This document shows, one piece after another, positions 1-10,411 of a stretch of 64,000 nt of DNA (position 1 is the stretch's first letter; each line of letters opens with the position of its first letter). The stretch comes from Oligoflexales bacterium (GTDB lineage: Bacteria > Bdellovibrionota_B > Oligoflexia > Oligoflexales > JAPPIL01): assembly GCA_965215515.1 (NCBI GenBank), contig OZ244057.1, positions 1,664,001 through 1,728,000 on the forward strand, given 5' to 3'. Below the pieces are notes generated by a model, which was given only the letters and a program-made list of their open reading frames with translations, had not been told where the DNA came from and made no database searches. The position numbers and the translations under genes are program-made.

Positions 1-412
1 TTATGTGGTTTGTTCCGTCTACTTTCCTTGTTGTCCCGTGGTGAACCGGATGCCATAAAAAGCATTTGTTGGAGGCACAATCCTCTTGTCGGAAAAGGCT
101 TTTGCCATTGCCCAGGTCTTTTGTTACAAGTCTGTCAAGCCACTCTTGTTCGGCAATATTCTGAACAGAGAAGGTTTGTTTACTCGATTTAAGAGTGAAG
201 CCAACGATCTCATCGCTGAGATGAATACTGTCGTAGCAGTGACCGAGATGAGGCATTTTGCCTTTCGCACAACGATCAGTTAAATTGAGAGTCTCATTGC
301 CATTGCGTTTACGTTCATCTGTCGCCTGCTTATCTTTTTTGCCACACCCCATCAGCAACAACATCACCACCACTAAACTACTCACTACAACTGAAAGCAT
401 CTGTGCACGCAT
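1..412 (-). CDS. Lipoprotein of the conjugation operon (runs off the left edge; not in the ORF track)
   Basis: Manual translation from ATG 412 (SD AAGGAG upstream): MRAQMLSVVVSSLVVVMLLLMG|CGKKDKQ..., with a lipobox. Frame stays open to position 2 and overlaps the end of the TraH-like gene. Confidence 0.7.
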   Translation of the reverse strand, partial: MRAQMLSVVVSSLVVVMLLLMGCGKKDKQATDERKRNGNETLNLTDRCAKGKMPHLGHCYDSIHLSDEIVGFTLKSSKQTFSVQNIAEQEWLDRLVTKDLGNGKSLFRQEDCASNKCFLWHPVHHGTTRKVDGTNHI

Positions 413-1658
413 TCTCTAACTCCTTGTTTAAGATTTTGCGGGCAGTGACCCCCGCGGCCACCTCCCGATTGCGTTGCCGATAGTGATGTCCGAGCTGACC
501 AATTTTGGTCAACACGGCACTGATCGGCTTGATTTCGTTAGCCGCCATTTTAGCATCGATCGCGGCGAAAGTCATCTCGCTGCGCTCACTGTAGAACGCC
601 GCCAGCGCATCGGGCAACGCGTCGTTAGCCAGGGCTGCAGTCATCGTGCTTTTGCCGTGCGCGGTGAACCGCTTGATTGCCAACTGCGCCAACGACAAGG
701 CAAGAGCACGACAAGCCCGTGCCCGATCAGCACGCGGCAACGATTCGAGATCGCGGATTGTGTTTGCAGAAATTTTTTCTTGAATAACTTGGTGCAGATA
801 TTTTTGCATACCATCTTTTTGTTTTTGATAATTTTTGTCAGTAATCAGCACGCGCAGCACTGCGGGGCTACAGACTGTCAAGCGCATAGTGCGATTGATG
901 CCGTGCACGTAATCAGCGGGCTTCAGTAAATTTTCCGGGAACGCTTTCGTCCAATAACCGTCGCGGCGCAGCTCGACCTCACCGAGCAATTGTGCCAACA
1001 CTTTGTAATCATCCGACTGTTGCACCACCTGCATCAACGAGGCGAGCACCCGCTGTTTGCCTTGTGCTAGTTTCCGCGTGAACGGCTGAAGCAGATTGCG
1101 TGCCTGTCCTTTTTCCTGCAAACACGCCCGCATCTGTGATGCACCCATATCTCCGTCATTACCAGCGATACATTGTTGCACCGCCTCGGCGTGTAGCTGT
1201 CTTCTGCCCTTGTCCACCTGTGCGTCGATAAAGGCATCGATGGCACGGCAACTGTCCATCTGCATGTTCAGTTCTTCCCGCAGCTGGGCAGTGAAGTGGC
1301 GGATGTGGGCGCAGAGCGTCGGCTTGTAGTAGCAGATAGTGGCGATGAGAATGCCTCCGCCTGATAGCATGCCCTTTAGTTGTTCTGCCGCGGCACCTAG
1401 CTGTTGCTTGAGATTTTTTAGCTCGGCACTGAGGTTAGCAGCGAGCGACAGCTTGCCGCATTTCAGCGATGTGCCGACGCGTAAATTGATCCGCCCGACA
1501 TTCAACGCCATACGCTTGCGTTTGGGGGCAGGTGTTGCCTTACCGAAGAACCACTCCGACATCTCGCTCGCGCTGAGACGCTTAGCGTAGTCGATCTCAG
1601 CCCCGCGTGTTGCGCTACTCAGCAGCGAGATGAACAGTAATAAAATTAACCTTTCCAT
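378..1658 (-). CDS. TraH-like / PFL_4711-like conjugative transfer protein (secreted, Cys-rich)
   Basis: Likely start ATG 1658 (SD GAGGAG). Signal peptide MERLILLLFISLLSS; pattern LKCGKLSL...ICYYKPTLC...DSCRAI resembles the TraH/PFL_4711 N-terminus. Directly follows TraC. Confidence 0.6.
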   Translation of the reverse strand: MERLILLLFISLLSSATRGAEIDYAKRLSASEMSEWFFGKATPAPKRKRMALNVGRINLRVGTSLKCGKLSLAANLSAELKNLKQQLGAAAEQLKGMLSGGGILIATICYYKPTLCAHIRHFTAQLREELNMQMDSCRAIDAFIDAQVDKGRRQLHAEAVQQCIAGNDGDMGASQMRACLQEKGQARNLLQPFTRKLAQGKQRVLASLMQVVQQSDDYKVLAQLLGEVELRRDGYWTKAFPENLLKPADYVHGINRTMRLTVCSPAVLRVLITDKNYQKQKDGMQKYLHQVIQEKISANTIRDLESLPRADRARACRALALSLAQLAIKRFTAHGKSTMTAALANDALPDALAAFYSERSEMTFAAIDAKMAANEIKPISAVLTKIGQLGHHYRQRNREVAAGVTARKILNKELENACTDAFSCSE

Positions 1659-4249
1659 GCTGCAATTCTCCTCTTCTCTGTCTCCGTCATGGTGCGCAAC
1701 TGCCCGCTTGCGTCCCGCAAACCATGCGGGGCAATCTCTGCCAGACAATCGATCGCCCGCGGCCAGCTCGCCAACTGCGCGTGGGCATATTGCAACGCCT
1801 GCACATCGCCGTGATGATTGGCCGCGAGCCAGTAATCGTGACCCGTGGGCACATAAGCCACCGAGCCGCGCACCTCATCGCCAAGCCACAGGTGTTCAGA
1901 AAATTTACCGGGTTGCTTGTCGAGCGACGCGGCCAGCTCCGCGAGATAATTATCGTTAGTCAATTCAACGAGCCGTTTTCTCTCGCCACCTTGCATGACG
2001 GGCAAGATAACATTGGTCGCACTGCTGTTCCACGCCGCACGACAAGCGGGAAGATCGAGATAGTGCGCGATCTGGTTGGTGATCGTGCCACAGGAGATTT
2101 GTTTTTTAGCAAAACGAGCGAAGGCATCCTTGATGTAATTCTCTAGCGCGGCGTTTCCGCCCGCAAGGTTTACCCCGGCTTCCTCGATAATCAAACAACC
2201 CTTGCGTCCTCGATTGGCTGGCAGATTGAACTGACGTTCGATCTCGGCAATTAGAATTAACGTTACCAACGTCCGCAACGGTGATTGCGGTAACTCGGCG
2301 AGATCGAAGATCGTTAAGCCCGCGGCACGTGCCTCAGGCTGTTCGGCTTCGGCTTGATCGAACAACATCGCATAGGGGCCGCGCCCGCAGAAGGGCAGCA
2401 GTTTCTCTCGCAATGGCGCGAGTAGCTTTTCTTCCAGATCGAGCGTGGCGGCAACTGTGTTCAACTTGTGCACGATGTCGGTCAGGCGAGGCAGACGGAC
2501 AGCGTTGTCTGCTTGTCGGTAAGTGCCAAGTTTTCCCTTTGAGCCTTTCTGGTAAACGGTCGTCGCGGCATTGTGGTTGTCGTGGTAGGTTTTCAAGATC
2601 GCTTCGCTCAACAGTGTTTGCTCGGATGCGGTTAGCTCTGTCTTGCAAACGAGGTTAACCGCGACCGCGATTATACTGACGATAATGGGCAAGCGGGTTG
2701 CGTCGATCGTGCCGCGAAAAATGTTGGGATACTCGACAGGCGGTTTAACAAAACGAAAACCGTGATCGTTCGCGATCGCCTTGCCGAGATATTCCACCGA
2801 AGTGATCGAGTCGATCAAGAACACCATTGTCTGCGGATCGGCGGCGAATTCGGAGATCAAAAAATTAGCGAACCAAAAGCTCTTACCGCTCTGCGACGCA
2901 CCGAAAACGGCAAAGTGCGGATTGGTCTTGCTCGTTCTCTGATTCAACCAGATCGCTTCGCCGCTACGGGCTTGCATCAGTTGCTTGGGTTGTGTTGCGC
3001 CCCGCGTGCCGCCAAACACAGGCAACAGATAGCCGATGTCATCGCTCAGCACGCGCCGTTCACGGCTGACAAAACCCGCGACTTTGGCAGAATAATGCAG
3101 CGGCAAGCAGGAGATGAAGATCGGCAACGCGGCATAGGTTTCACGGAAACAGGGGAGAACATCGTTTAAGGTGCGACAGACCGCTTCGCCCCGCCGCTGT
3201 TCTTTGGCCGCGTGCAAGGGCACGTTAACATCACGCACCAAGACGTGCAGGCAACAGGCGAGTAATTTCTCGCCCCCCACCACCCGATCTTCGGCAGCAT
3301 AGACATCTTGCTTTTGCCTCTCTTGATACGGATCGCCACCTTGCAGCTTAGCGCTCAGCCCTTCTAGATCAGCGGCGTAATGACAGGGACGTATGTTCAA
3401 CACACACAGCAACGGTTCTTTGATCTGCATAAGCACAGTCATCAGCCCGGCAAAAATTTGCGCGGGCTGTTGCGACCACGAGAGCACTTCCCATGTATCG
3501 TCACCTATGCCAATGCCATCCCGCTCCCACGCCAGCGTGCCGTTGAGCATCCGTTTGGCAAGGCGTGTCGGTGTGCGCTCTGGCGTTACCTCACGAAAAA
3601 ACAAGCCATGCTTGTCGCACTCACCGTGCAACAGATCGCGCAACAACATGATCAGTTCGTTTTCAGTCGCGCGCCGCAAAGGACTGAGTGATTGCCAAGA
3701 ATTCTCGATGCTCTGGGCATAGCCGCGCAGTTTTAGCAGCGCGGCGTTGACGATTGCGGTCTCTTTGCTAATTAAATCAGCGAGCGATGCGCTGCCTGTG
3801 TTCAAGATCGTGCCCGCGGTTTCAACCCGCAGGGTGAGATAGATTTGGCGTTGATAGAGCGATGGGTTGTCACCGTGCGCTAAGCTCTTGATCGCGGTGA
3901 TCCTCCTTCCCAAAACTTGGCGAGCATAGGTGTCTTCTCGCCATGTTGGTAAAGGAAAATTAGAAGAAATTTTTTGGGTGAAAATAATTTGAAACGTTAC
4001 GCGTGGGTCGCTGATCTTTTTGAAAATTTTAGCGAACTCAGCCATCATCTCTTGTAATTCAGCTTCGCTCTTGATTTCGTGCGGGATCGGTAGCATTTCC
4101 CACAGTGTGCCTAAGCCGCCATCGCCGAGCATGAACACGGTGCGGCCCGCGTCGGTGAACGCATTTTCGTAGCTGAGCCGCTGGCTGAATTGTTCGCCGT
4201 CGAATGCCAAATCACGCGGCGGTTGCAGCGGCATGATCTTTGCGCTCAC
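1646..4249 (-). CDS. traC: TraC/VirB4-family T4SS ATPase
   Basis: NPHFAVFGASQSGKS Walker A, IIEEAG Walker B, ~860 aa. Likely start GTG 4249 or ATG 4234, just after the coupling-protein stop (the ORF track start 4426 overlaps the upstream gene). Confidence 0.85.
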   Translation of the reverse strand: MSAKIMPLQPPRDLAFDGEQFSQRLSYENAFTDAGRTVFMLGDGGLGTLWEMLPIPHEIKSEAELQEMMAEFAKIFKKISDPRVTFQIIFTQKISSNFPLPTWREDTYARQVLGRRITAIKSLAHGDNPSLYQRQIYLTLRVETAGTILNTGSASLADLISKETAIVNAALLKLRGYAQSIENSWQSLSPLRRATENELIMLLRDLLHGECDKHGLFFREVTPERTPTRLAKRMLNGTLAWERDGIGIGDDTWEVLSWSQQPAQIFAGLMTVLMQIKEPLLCVLNIRPCHYAADLEGLSAKLQGGDPYQERQKQDVYAAEDRVVGGEKLLACCLHVLVRDVNVPLHAAKEQRRGEAVCRTLNDVLPCFRETYAALPIFISCLPLHYSAKVAGFVSRERRVLSDDIGYLLPVFGGTRGATQPKQLMQARSGEAIWLNQRTSKTNPHFAVFGASQSGKSFWFANFLISEFAADPQTMVFLIDSITSVEYLGKAIANDHGFRFVKPPVEYPNIFRGTIDATRLPIIVSIIAVAVNLVCKTELTASEQTLLSEAILKTYHDNHNAATTVYQKGSKGKLGTYRQADNAVRLPRLTDIVHKLNTVAATLDLEEKLLAPLREKLLPFCGRGPYAMLFDQAEAEQPEARAAGLTIFDLAELPQSPLRTLVTLILIAEIERQFNLPANRGRKGCLIIEEAGVNLAGGNAALENYIKDAFARFAKKQISCGTITNQIAHYLDLPACRAAWNSSATNVILPVMQGGERKRLVELTNDNYLAELAASLDKQPGKFSEHLWLGDEVRGSVAYVPTGHDYWLAANHHGDVQALQYAHAQLASWPRAIDCLAEIAPHGLRDASGQLRTMTETEKRRIAAWKG

Positions 4250-4253
4250 ACGC

Positions 4254-6017
4254 TCAAAAGCTTTGTTCAATACTGTTGCGAGATGTCGCACTGTCTGTCT
4301 CCTTGCTGCTGTGGATAACGATTGGGCTAAGTGATTGTTGTGTCTTATCTGTAGCAACCGCAGCTTTGCGATCGGCATCGCTAAGCCATCTGCTATCGAT
4401 CTTGGCCGCGTAGCGCGCGGGCACATTATCAGTCACGTAACGCGAGCGCACGGGTGGCCAGCCTTGACTGCCGAGATGTCCGATCAACTTGCAACCGATG
4501 AGGTTGACGAGCGTGTCCCGCGATCCCTCGTAGCGATACATCTGATCGATCCTGCCGAGGTCTTGTGTGCCCAGCAACATGCGCAGTCCTTTGGAACGCC
4601 CCGCCCGTGCTGCTTCAAACAGTTTAGGAATTTTGGGCAAGGTCTGAAATTCATCCATCACTGCCCAGATGCGACGCTGGTTGCTGTCAGCTAAACTGAG
4701 CACCGATGCGAAGAGAAAATTAAAAAAATTAGCGACAAACGGCCCCATCGTTTCCGCGTAGAGCGGGTCGTAACGCACGATCAGCGTTGGTTTTGCTCCG
4801 CCACAATCGTTGAGCCAGCCGCTAAGTGAGAACTGCTTGCCGTCGCCATCACCCCACGCGCGTGCTAACGGTTCAAGCCGTGCCATTGCCCTGCGAATCG
4901 TGCCTTTGATTGCCTCGAATTGTCTGCTCTCACCCTTGAAGTTAGCGGCGAATTCAGATTCAGGGCGATACTTGCGCACCGCATCGATCAAATCCTCTAG
5001 GCTTTGGCTAGCACGATAGAAATCCCGCCATGTCCAATATTTTTTCTCGCGCTGTAATTTGATCAGGCAAGCGGTCAACAGATCACGCGCCCAATCTTCA
5101 AAGATGATGTCCGCCGGGGCATCGCCCTGTCTGACCACCATGCGCACGAACTCCCATGCCTTTGCCTCCGTGTCGATGTCACGGGCGATGTTCCAGATAA
5201 CCGAGCGAGCATCGAGCGGTGAGATGATCAACGTGTCTCGGTCTTCGCCAAACGCTTGCGTGAACTCACCCTTATAGTCGAAGATAACCAGCAGATCGCC
5301 GCGGGTTCGCAGCTGCGGCAGAAAGTGCGTCTTGATGAGATGTGATTTACCTGAACCGGGTGCACCAAAGATGATAATACCGCGAGTTTCCAATTTACGC
5401 GGCATTTTTAAGTGCTCGTGCAGATAGATGCCGTTCTTACGCAACGGCAACAGCTTTAGTTTTAACACGAACAAGCCATGCCACATGTCCTTGAGCGCAG
5501 CTTGTCCTTCGACGATGCGCTGCTGGCTGTGTGCTTTGCGGTGCGCCCAGAAAAGAGAAAACAAGATAGGCAGTAACAACAAACCATAACTGGCACAGCT
5601 GGTAAGCATGCCAGTGACAAGCGCGGCAATTGTGCTGAGCGTATCTTGGTTGCAAAAGTAACGGTGCATGATGGTGGTAACGAGGTAAAAAGTTGTCAGC
5701 GACGTGCCACATATGACAAGCACCGCAATCTGATCTGCGGTGGTCAAAGCTTGCCAAGTCGTGTGCAGGAAACCAGCGTGATAGGAAAAAATTTTTGCAA
5801 ATTCTGGAAAGCTGTATGAGTTGCTGACGTGATACAGAAATTTTTCTAACCGCGGTGCAAAGACAAAATAATTAGCCATTGCCAACGGCATGAGCGATAA
5901 CACGACACCCACCCGTAACAGCCTTGCCATCGGCGCAAAGCTCAGTAAGGCAAGCGTTAGTGCGGCACACAGCAGTCCTGCCGTTGCTGACCACGATGTC
6001 AGTATGGCAAGATTCAC
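4254..6017 (-). CDS. traD: Type IV coupling protein (TraD/TrwB family), C-terminal region possibly internally deleted
   Basis: N-terminal TM segments, GAPGSGKS, VIFDYKGEF, SPLDARSVIWN, WAVMDEFQTL, GRSKGLRMLLGTQD. Confidence 0.85.
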   Translation of the reverse strand: MNLAILTSWSATAGLLCAALTLALLSFAPMARLLRVGVVLSLMPLAMANYFVFAPRLEKFLYHVSNSYSFPEFAKIFSYHAGFLHTTWQALTTADQIAVLVICGTSLTTFYLVTTIMHRYFCNQDTLSTIAALVTGMLTSCASYGLLLLPILFSLFWAHRKAHSQQRIVEGQAALKDMWHGLFVLKLKLLPLRKNGIYLHEHLKMPRKLETRGIIIFGAPGSGKSHLIKTHFLPQLRTRGDLLVIFDYKGEFTQAFGEDRDTLIISPLDARSVIWNIARDIDTEAKAWEFVRMVVRQGDAPADIIFEDWARDLLTACLIKLQREKKYWTWRDFYRASQSLEDLIDAVRKYRPESEFAANFKGESRQFEAIKGTIRRAMARLEPLARAWGDGDGKQFSLSGWLNDCGGAKPTLIVRYDPLYAETMGPFVANFFNFLFASVLSLADSNQRRIWAVMDEFQTLPKIPKLFEAARAGRSKGLRMLLGTQDLGRIDQMYRYEGSRDTLVNLIGCKLIGHLGSQGWPPVRSRYVTDNVPARYAAKIDSRWLSDADRKAAVATDKTQQSLSPIVIHSSKETDSATSRNSIEQSF

Positions 6018-6391
6018 TTCAACCTCTCTCTACGTAAGCTTGTGCTCGTGCGCAGAGAACGCCAGTTAGCTACCGGGCTGAGCCATCTCACCTGTTCTGT
6101 TTCCATGAACAACCACGTGCCCCTTAGCCATACGTCTGTGTTGATCAGCTGATCATAGACCCAAATTTTAGCGATGCGGGCGGGTTGACGGGTTGGCATG
6201 TCCAGCGATCCGATTGCTTTGGTAATCCGGTTATTTTTTAACTGGGTTGTTTCTGTAATCGCTCTTGTGCCAACAGCAAGTCCACTGCGCTTGTTTAGTT
6301 CATGGGTGGTCGGCGCGAGCGTGGCACAGCCGTGCAATGCCATCAGTGCGACAGCCAAAATTTTTTGCTTGCCCATCATCATCACCTCCAT
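6014..6391 (-). CDS. TraV-like lipoprotein
   Basis: Lipobox-like LHG|C; motif MPTRQPARIAKIWV...GTWLFMETEQVRW; lies downstream of the TraB-like gene. Confidence 0.7.
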   Translation of the reverse strand: MEVMMMGKQKILAVALMALHGCATLAPTTHELNKRSGLAVGTRAITETTQLKNNRITKAIGSLDMPTRQPARIAKIWVYDQLINTDVWLRGTWLFMETEQVRWLSPVANWRSLRTSTSLRRERLK

Positions 6392-7372
6392 TCAATTGTT
6401 TTGCAGATTAGGCACCGCGACCTTATCCACCATTACGATCCAGACATCCTGCCCGCTGCCGATGTGCACGGTCGGCAAGAGCGACTTGGCTTGTTCGAGA
6501 TACCACTGGGTGACCATTTCGGCGGGCTTGCCGATCCCACGGGCGAGCGCGAATTCCGCCAGCTTGCCCTTGAAATTAGTGATCGGTGTTTGGGTATCGT
6601 TGCTGCCTGTCACTACCGTTGTTGCGGTGTTGGCAATCTCGTACGCTTCGCTCGCTCCTTTGACGATGCCTGCCAGCACCGCTTGCAGAAACACCTTGCT
6701 CTGCTTGCTGTCGTAGACCCCAGTCATGCCGTTAGACGAATCGTCGCCCGCCACGAAACCGCGCACTTTGCGCTGCACATATGCGCCATCAGCACGCACA
6801 CAAGACAAGGTATGCGGGGCGATGATCACCCGCTCGATGCTCAAATCCGCGGTCGCACCACCGAGCATCAGACAACCATTGAGCGGAATTCTGGTGCCGT
6901 TCGGCCCTGTGTAGGCGTAATCCAACTGCATCAACACATCGTACGGATGGCGAGAATTAGCTTGCACGCCCGTCAACAGTTTTGCTCGTACCCACGCCCC
7001 CGCGGGCAAGACCGTCAAGGCTTGTGTCGCGTGTGCCGAGACCGCGAACACCTGCACCCCGCTGGCGAGTTTTTTAGTTGGGGCTGCGCGCGTCGTCGTG
7101 CCTCGCGACTTTTTGTTGGAGCTATGACTCGTGCTGCCTTGCACAGGTGCATACAGCTGTTTACGACGCATGTTTTCCAATTCAAGTTTGAGGCGTTGGT
7201 TTTCATCGTGCACACCTTCGGTATCGGCGATAACTTTTTCGTAGAGCCGCTTGTATTCGCTGTCGATCCGGGTCTGCATGTCGGTGCGCATGATGCGCTT
7301 AGCTTCTCTATCGGGGACGGGCAGGTCAGCATAAACGGTATTGGTTAGCAACAACGCAATTACAATTCTCAT
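6392..7372 (-). CDS. TraB/TrbI (VirB10-like) core complex protein
   Basis: LPAGAWVRAKLLTGV...GCLMLG.ATADLSIERV...LSCV...GFVAGDDSSNGM.G; C-terminal PTVHIGSGQDVWIV. Confidence 0.8.
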   Translation of the reverse strand: MRIVIALLLTNTVYADLPVPDREAKRIMRTDMQTRIDSEYKRLYEKVIADTEGVHDENQRLKLELENMRRKQLYAPVQGSTSHSSNKKSRGTTTRAAPTKKLASGVQVFAVSAHATQALTVLPAGAWVRAKLLTGVQANSRHPYDVLMQLDYAYTGPNGTRIPLNGCLMLGGATADLSIERVIIAPHTLSCVRADGAYVQRKVRGFVAGDDSSNGMTGVYDSKQSKVFLQAVLAGIVKGASEAYEIANTATTVVTGSNDTQTPITNFKGKLAEFALARGIGKPAEMVTQWYLEQAKSLLPTVHIGSGQDVWIVMVDKVAVPNLQNN

Positions 7373-8178
7373 CGTTTACCTCCACGCAAGAAGGGCAAGC
7401 TCGTGGGGGTGGTGCTGGCGATAAAATTTTTCGTGCGCAGCACCAGGTGTACCGTTGTTTTACAGATACCCGTTTTGCAGAGGGTCAGCGTGGCGTAATC
7501 GGTGTGAAATAGCGCAGCACGAGGTAAATTGAACAGCTGCGGCGTGATTGCAAGTGTTTGCTTACCGCGATTTTCGACCACAAAAACCTTGCCGCTGAGA
7601 TATTGTCCGCTGAATTGTCTAATTTGGGTCGCTTTGAGTTTGTGGTTGCGTAGGGAAAATTTTTGGTTTGTTACCGTCCGCGCAAAACCCTTGCCATGCT
7701 CATCTTTGAGCAACTGCTGCATCAGGGCTAGCTCGCGGGTCAGGAACGCCCCACCGCGGGTCACGTCGGCAGCAGCAAACACAAGGCGTTGATGCTTGGC
7801 CGCACCGCGTTTTGCTTTTAGCTGTAAGCTCAAGGCACGGTGACCGTTCAAGACGAACGCCACTTCTTCGCTGGTTGCCCGCGGCTTCGCGGTTATCTTG
7901 ACGATGCGCACATCGACCGCCTTGCCCTCCTTGTCCACCTGTGTAGCGATGCGTTGAATTTTGAACTGGGCTGCGGCCGAAACCACCAGTAGCGGGCGCG
8001 GGAACTCAACCAATGTGCCGAGCCTGCTGTTGATCGCTACCGGCACTGTCTCTTGTCCGTGCACCTGAATGTCAGCGGCGGTCGCGTCATCAGGGGTAAA
8101 TGGGTCAACTAGCAAATAACCCGATAAAAAATATAAGCGGATAAATTTTCTTACCCAGTTTTTGGTGAAGCTTCTCAT
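7369..8178 (-). CDS. TraK-like (VirB9-like) protein
   Basis: Position between TraE-like and TraB-like; beta-rich; C-terminal LSGKVFVVENRG motif; 4-nt overlaps on both sides. Confidence 0.6.
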   Translation of the reverse strand: MRSFTKNWVRKFIRLYFLSGYLLVDPFTPDDATAADIQVHGQETVPVAINSRLGTLVEFPRPLLVVSAAAQFKIQRIATQVDKEGKAVDVRIVKITAKPRATSEEVAFVLNGHRALSLQLKAKRGAAKHQRLVFAAADVTRGGAFLTRELALMQQLLKDEHGKGFARTVTNQKFSLRNHKLKATQIRQFSGQYLSGKVFVVENRGKQTLAITPQLFNLPRAALFHTDYATLTLCKTGICKTTVHLVLRTKNFIASTTPTSLPFLRGGKR

Positions 8179-8960
8179 GTTTTTTCTCCTTCGTCAGGTG
8201 GTGATGAACTCAGGCGTTGATCGTCGAGCTGTTGTTGGGTCTGGCGTTTGATGTCGAGCAGTTGAAAGACCCACGCCTTATCGCTGATCACTGCGGCGGT
8301 GGTAAAAGACAAGCTGATGCGTTCACGATACGGCTCGACGGCGCGTCCCTCGATATACTTGCGGGTCGTGCCCCAGACGGCAACACGATAGACCGACTTG
8401 TCGCGGCCGTAAATTTTTGCAGTGCGACGGGTAAATTTTTCCACCTTGTCGAAAGCAAACACCTGATCGATTTTGCGTAGCCGCCACAACTCGATATTGC
8501 CGCGCATCTCGCGCATGAAACGCGTTTTCAGTTGTGGGTGCATCCAGCGGCTCAGCTCGCGATAACGGGTGGCGACATCTTCGTAGTTGGTGTTGGCGAG
8601 ATCGTGGACGATCGTTTCCGCGAAGTCATAGACGAGCCGATCGGCAATGCTGTTGGCTCTGATACGCATAATGTCGGTGATATTGCTGGGTACGATGTAG
8701 CTGTCGGGGTGTTCGAGTTGCTGTTGCAAACTGTGGTTGACACACCCCTGCCAGATAGCAACTGCGAGCAGACAGATGAACACCGCGACGAAGGCGATGC
8801 GCTCGACGCACAGGCGATGCAGCAGCGTAACTACCACCATGCTGTGCGGCGGCAAGGAGGCACGAGCGATGATCCCCGCGTCTTTAGTGGCATAAGCTCG
8901 GATCAGGGCGAGCGAGATTTTTTGCTTCGTTTTTTCTGGCGATAAAATTTTGCGTTCCAT
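8175..8960 (-). CDS. TraE-like (VirB8-like) protein
   Basis: Single N-terminal TM followed by YIVPS...FAETIVHDLANTNYEDV; gene order L-E-K-B. Confidence 0.6.
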   Translation of the reverse strand: MERKILSPEKTKQKISLALIRAYATKDAGIIARASLPPHSMVVVTLLHRLCVERIAFVAVFICLLAVAIWQGCVNHSLQQQLEHPDSYIVPSNITDIMRIRANSIADRLVYDFAETIVHDLANTNYEDVATRYRELSRWMHPQLKTRFMREMRGNIELWRLRKIDQVFAFDKVEKFTRRTAKIYGRDKSVYRVAVWGTTRKYIEGRAVEPYRERISLSFTTAAVISDKAWVFQLLDIKRQTQQQLDDQRLSSSPPDEGEKT

Positions 8961-8968
8961 CGTCTCTC

Positions 8969-9301
8969 CTACAGCACAAAATAACTTTTCTGTGGTCGTT
9001 TAAGACTCTGCGGCAAGCCGGTATTCCAAACACCGCAGAGCCATAAGGCGTGCCCGAAGGCATTGGGTGGTAGTTTAAGGCGCAGCTGTTTCAAGCCCAG
9101 CGGCACGATGACCGCCAGCACGAGAAACACGAGTGCTAGTAACATGGAAAATGCCGACGTATAGACCATACCGATAAAACATCCCACGCCTGCCATGAGC
9201 TCGCCTTTGGTCATGCCCTTAAGAAAAATCACCGGAGCATCGATCAAGGGGTTAGTTTCTTTGCGAGCGAAACGGCGATAACGATCGTAGTTTTCTGGCA
9301 T
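8969..9301 (-). CDS. TraL-like (VirB3-like) membrane protein
   Basis: 110 aa; IDAP..F, two TMs, ...HALWLCG..., typical TraL layout; follows the pilin. Confidence 0.65.
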   Translation of the reverse strand: MPENYDRYRRFARKETNPLIDAPVIFLKGMTKGELMAGVGCFIGMVYTSAFSMLLALVFLVLAVIVPLGLKQLRLKLPPNAFGHALWLCGVWNTGLPQSLKRPQKSYFVL

Positions 9302-9305
9302 TGTC

Positions 9306-9623
9306 TTAACCTCGGATAGCGTTAAGAATTTGCGAAATTATCACCGGCAAAGCGAACATGCCGATGCCACAGATAAACGTCACGACACCCGCGCCTTTGT
9401 TGCCGCGCTCGGCGTTGCCGATCATCTGCCACCCACGAAAGGCGGTAAAAAATCCAGCAACTGGGGCAACGACATAGGTCAAGATACCGATGGCGATTTC
9501 CTGCACCCGTTTCGGAAGTTCGAGGTCATCGACCACCGACTGATCACCGATTACCAGCTCGGTAACTTCGGCATAGCCGCGTGCCGAGATGCAAATGGCG
9601 ATTGTTGCGATTAGAGTTCTCAT
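9306..9623 (-). CDS. Conjugative pilin (TraA/TrbC/VirB2-like)
   Basis: 105 aa, signal peptide plus two hydrophobic helices; immediately upstream of TraL-like. Confidence 0.6.
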   Translation of the reverse strand: MRTLIATIAICISARGYAEVTELVIGDQSVVDDLELPKRVQEIAIGILTYVVAPVAGFFTAFRGWQMIGNAERGNKGAGVVTFICGIGMFALPVIISQILNAIRG

Positions 9624-10411
9624 GTTTCACCTCCGTGTCTTTTGATGTGGGTGATCAAATCCTGTAAGGCAATAAAACCTTCGTGCTTGAATGGCTTTTG
9701 CCCTCGCCGCGCGATATAAAACATCGGGGTAGTCTGTGCTTTGCCGAGCGGGAAAAACAACGACCACTCACCTGCATGATATGGTCGTGAATCTGTATGT
9801 AACGGTGCACCGCGATCGAGTTGTAACGTCGCGACCTTTGCCCCTAATGCCTTGATCGTTTCGATGACATGCTGTTGCTTGCGGCAGGCGGGGCAGTCGG
9901 AGCGATAGATGTAGACGATGGCGACGTTTGCCCAGTCAAAGCCTGGGGGTATGTCTTGCTTGCTCTCTCGCAATAGCGGTGTGGCTGTTTGTAATAGGAG
10001 TTTGTCCTGCTGTGCGATATGTTCCAAAACATTTTCCCCGATCAGATTGGAGTAGGTATCGAGTTCGTTAGCACCTCCCAGAGCCTTGATAATCTGCTCG
10101 ATCGTCTGCCACTGCTGTTTTTGCCATGCTAACAGCTGGCGCGCATTTTCCCGCGTCGGTTCACCTGCTAAGTGCAAGAACGGACGCGGTAGGATGCCGT
10201 AAGCCCCATCAGCCCAGAACTCTGGCCGCGCTGGGTCTTGATAGACACCCCAGTCGAACGGCAAGTGATCGGATTGATGTGGACTGCCGGCGATCACCAC
10301 CTGCGGCACAGTCGGCATGGGGTTATCAAGTCCATGCCCTTCCACGACGCGGAGATTCCTGCATCCCATAACGAACATGCTAACTAAACAGAGCGTAAGC
10401 TTCGTTCGCAC
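9620..10411 (-). CDS. Thioredoxin-fold lipoprotein (TraF/TrbB-like)
   Basis: Lipobox VMG|C; EPTRENARQLLAWQ; VYIYRSDCPAC CxxC; TTP cis-Pro motif. Confidence 0.65.
   Translation of the reverse strand: MRTKLTLCLVSMFVMGCRNLRVVEGHGLDNPMPTVPQVVIAGSPHQSDHLPFDWGVYQDPARPEFWADGAYGILPRPFLHLAGEPTRENARQLLAWQKQQWQTIEQIIKALGGANELDTYSNLIGENVLEHIAQQDKLLLQTATPLLRESKQDIPPGFDWANVAIVYIYRSDCPACRKQQHVIETIKALGAKVATLQLDRGAPLHTDSRPYHAGEWSLFFPLGKAQTTPMFYIARRGQKPFKHEGFIALQDLITHIKRHGGET

Noticed and set aside
4250..4426. 173-nt overlap between traD and traC
   Set aside because: Artefact of longest-ORF calling; in-frame GTG 4249 or ATG 4234 removes the overlap
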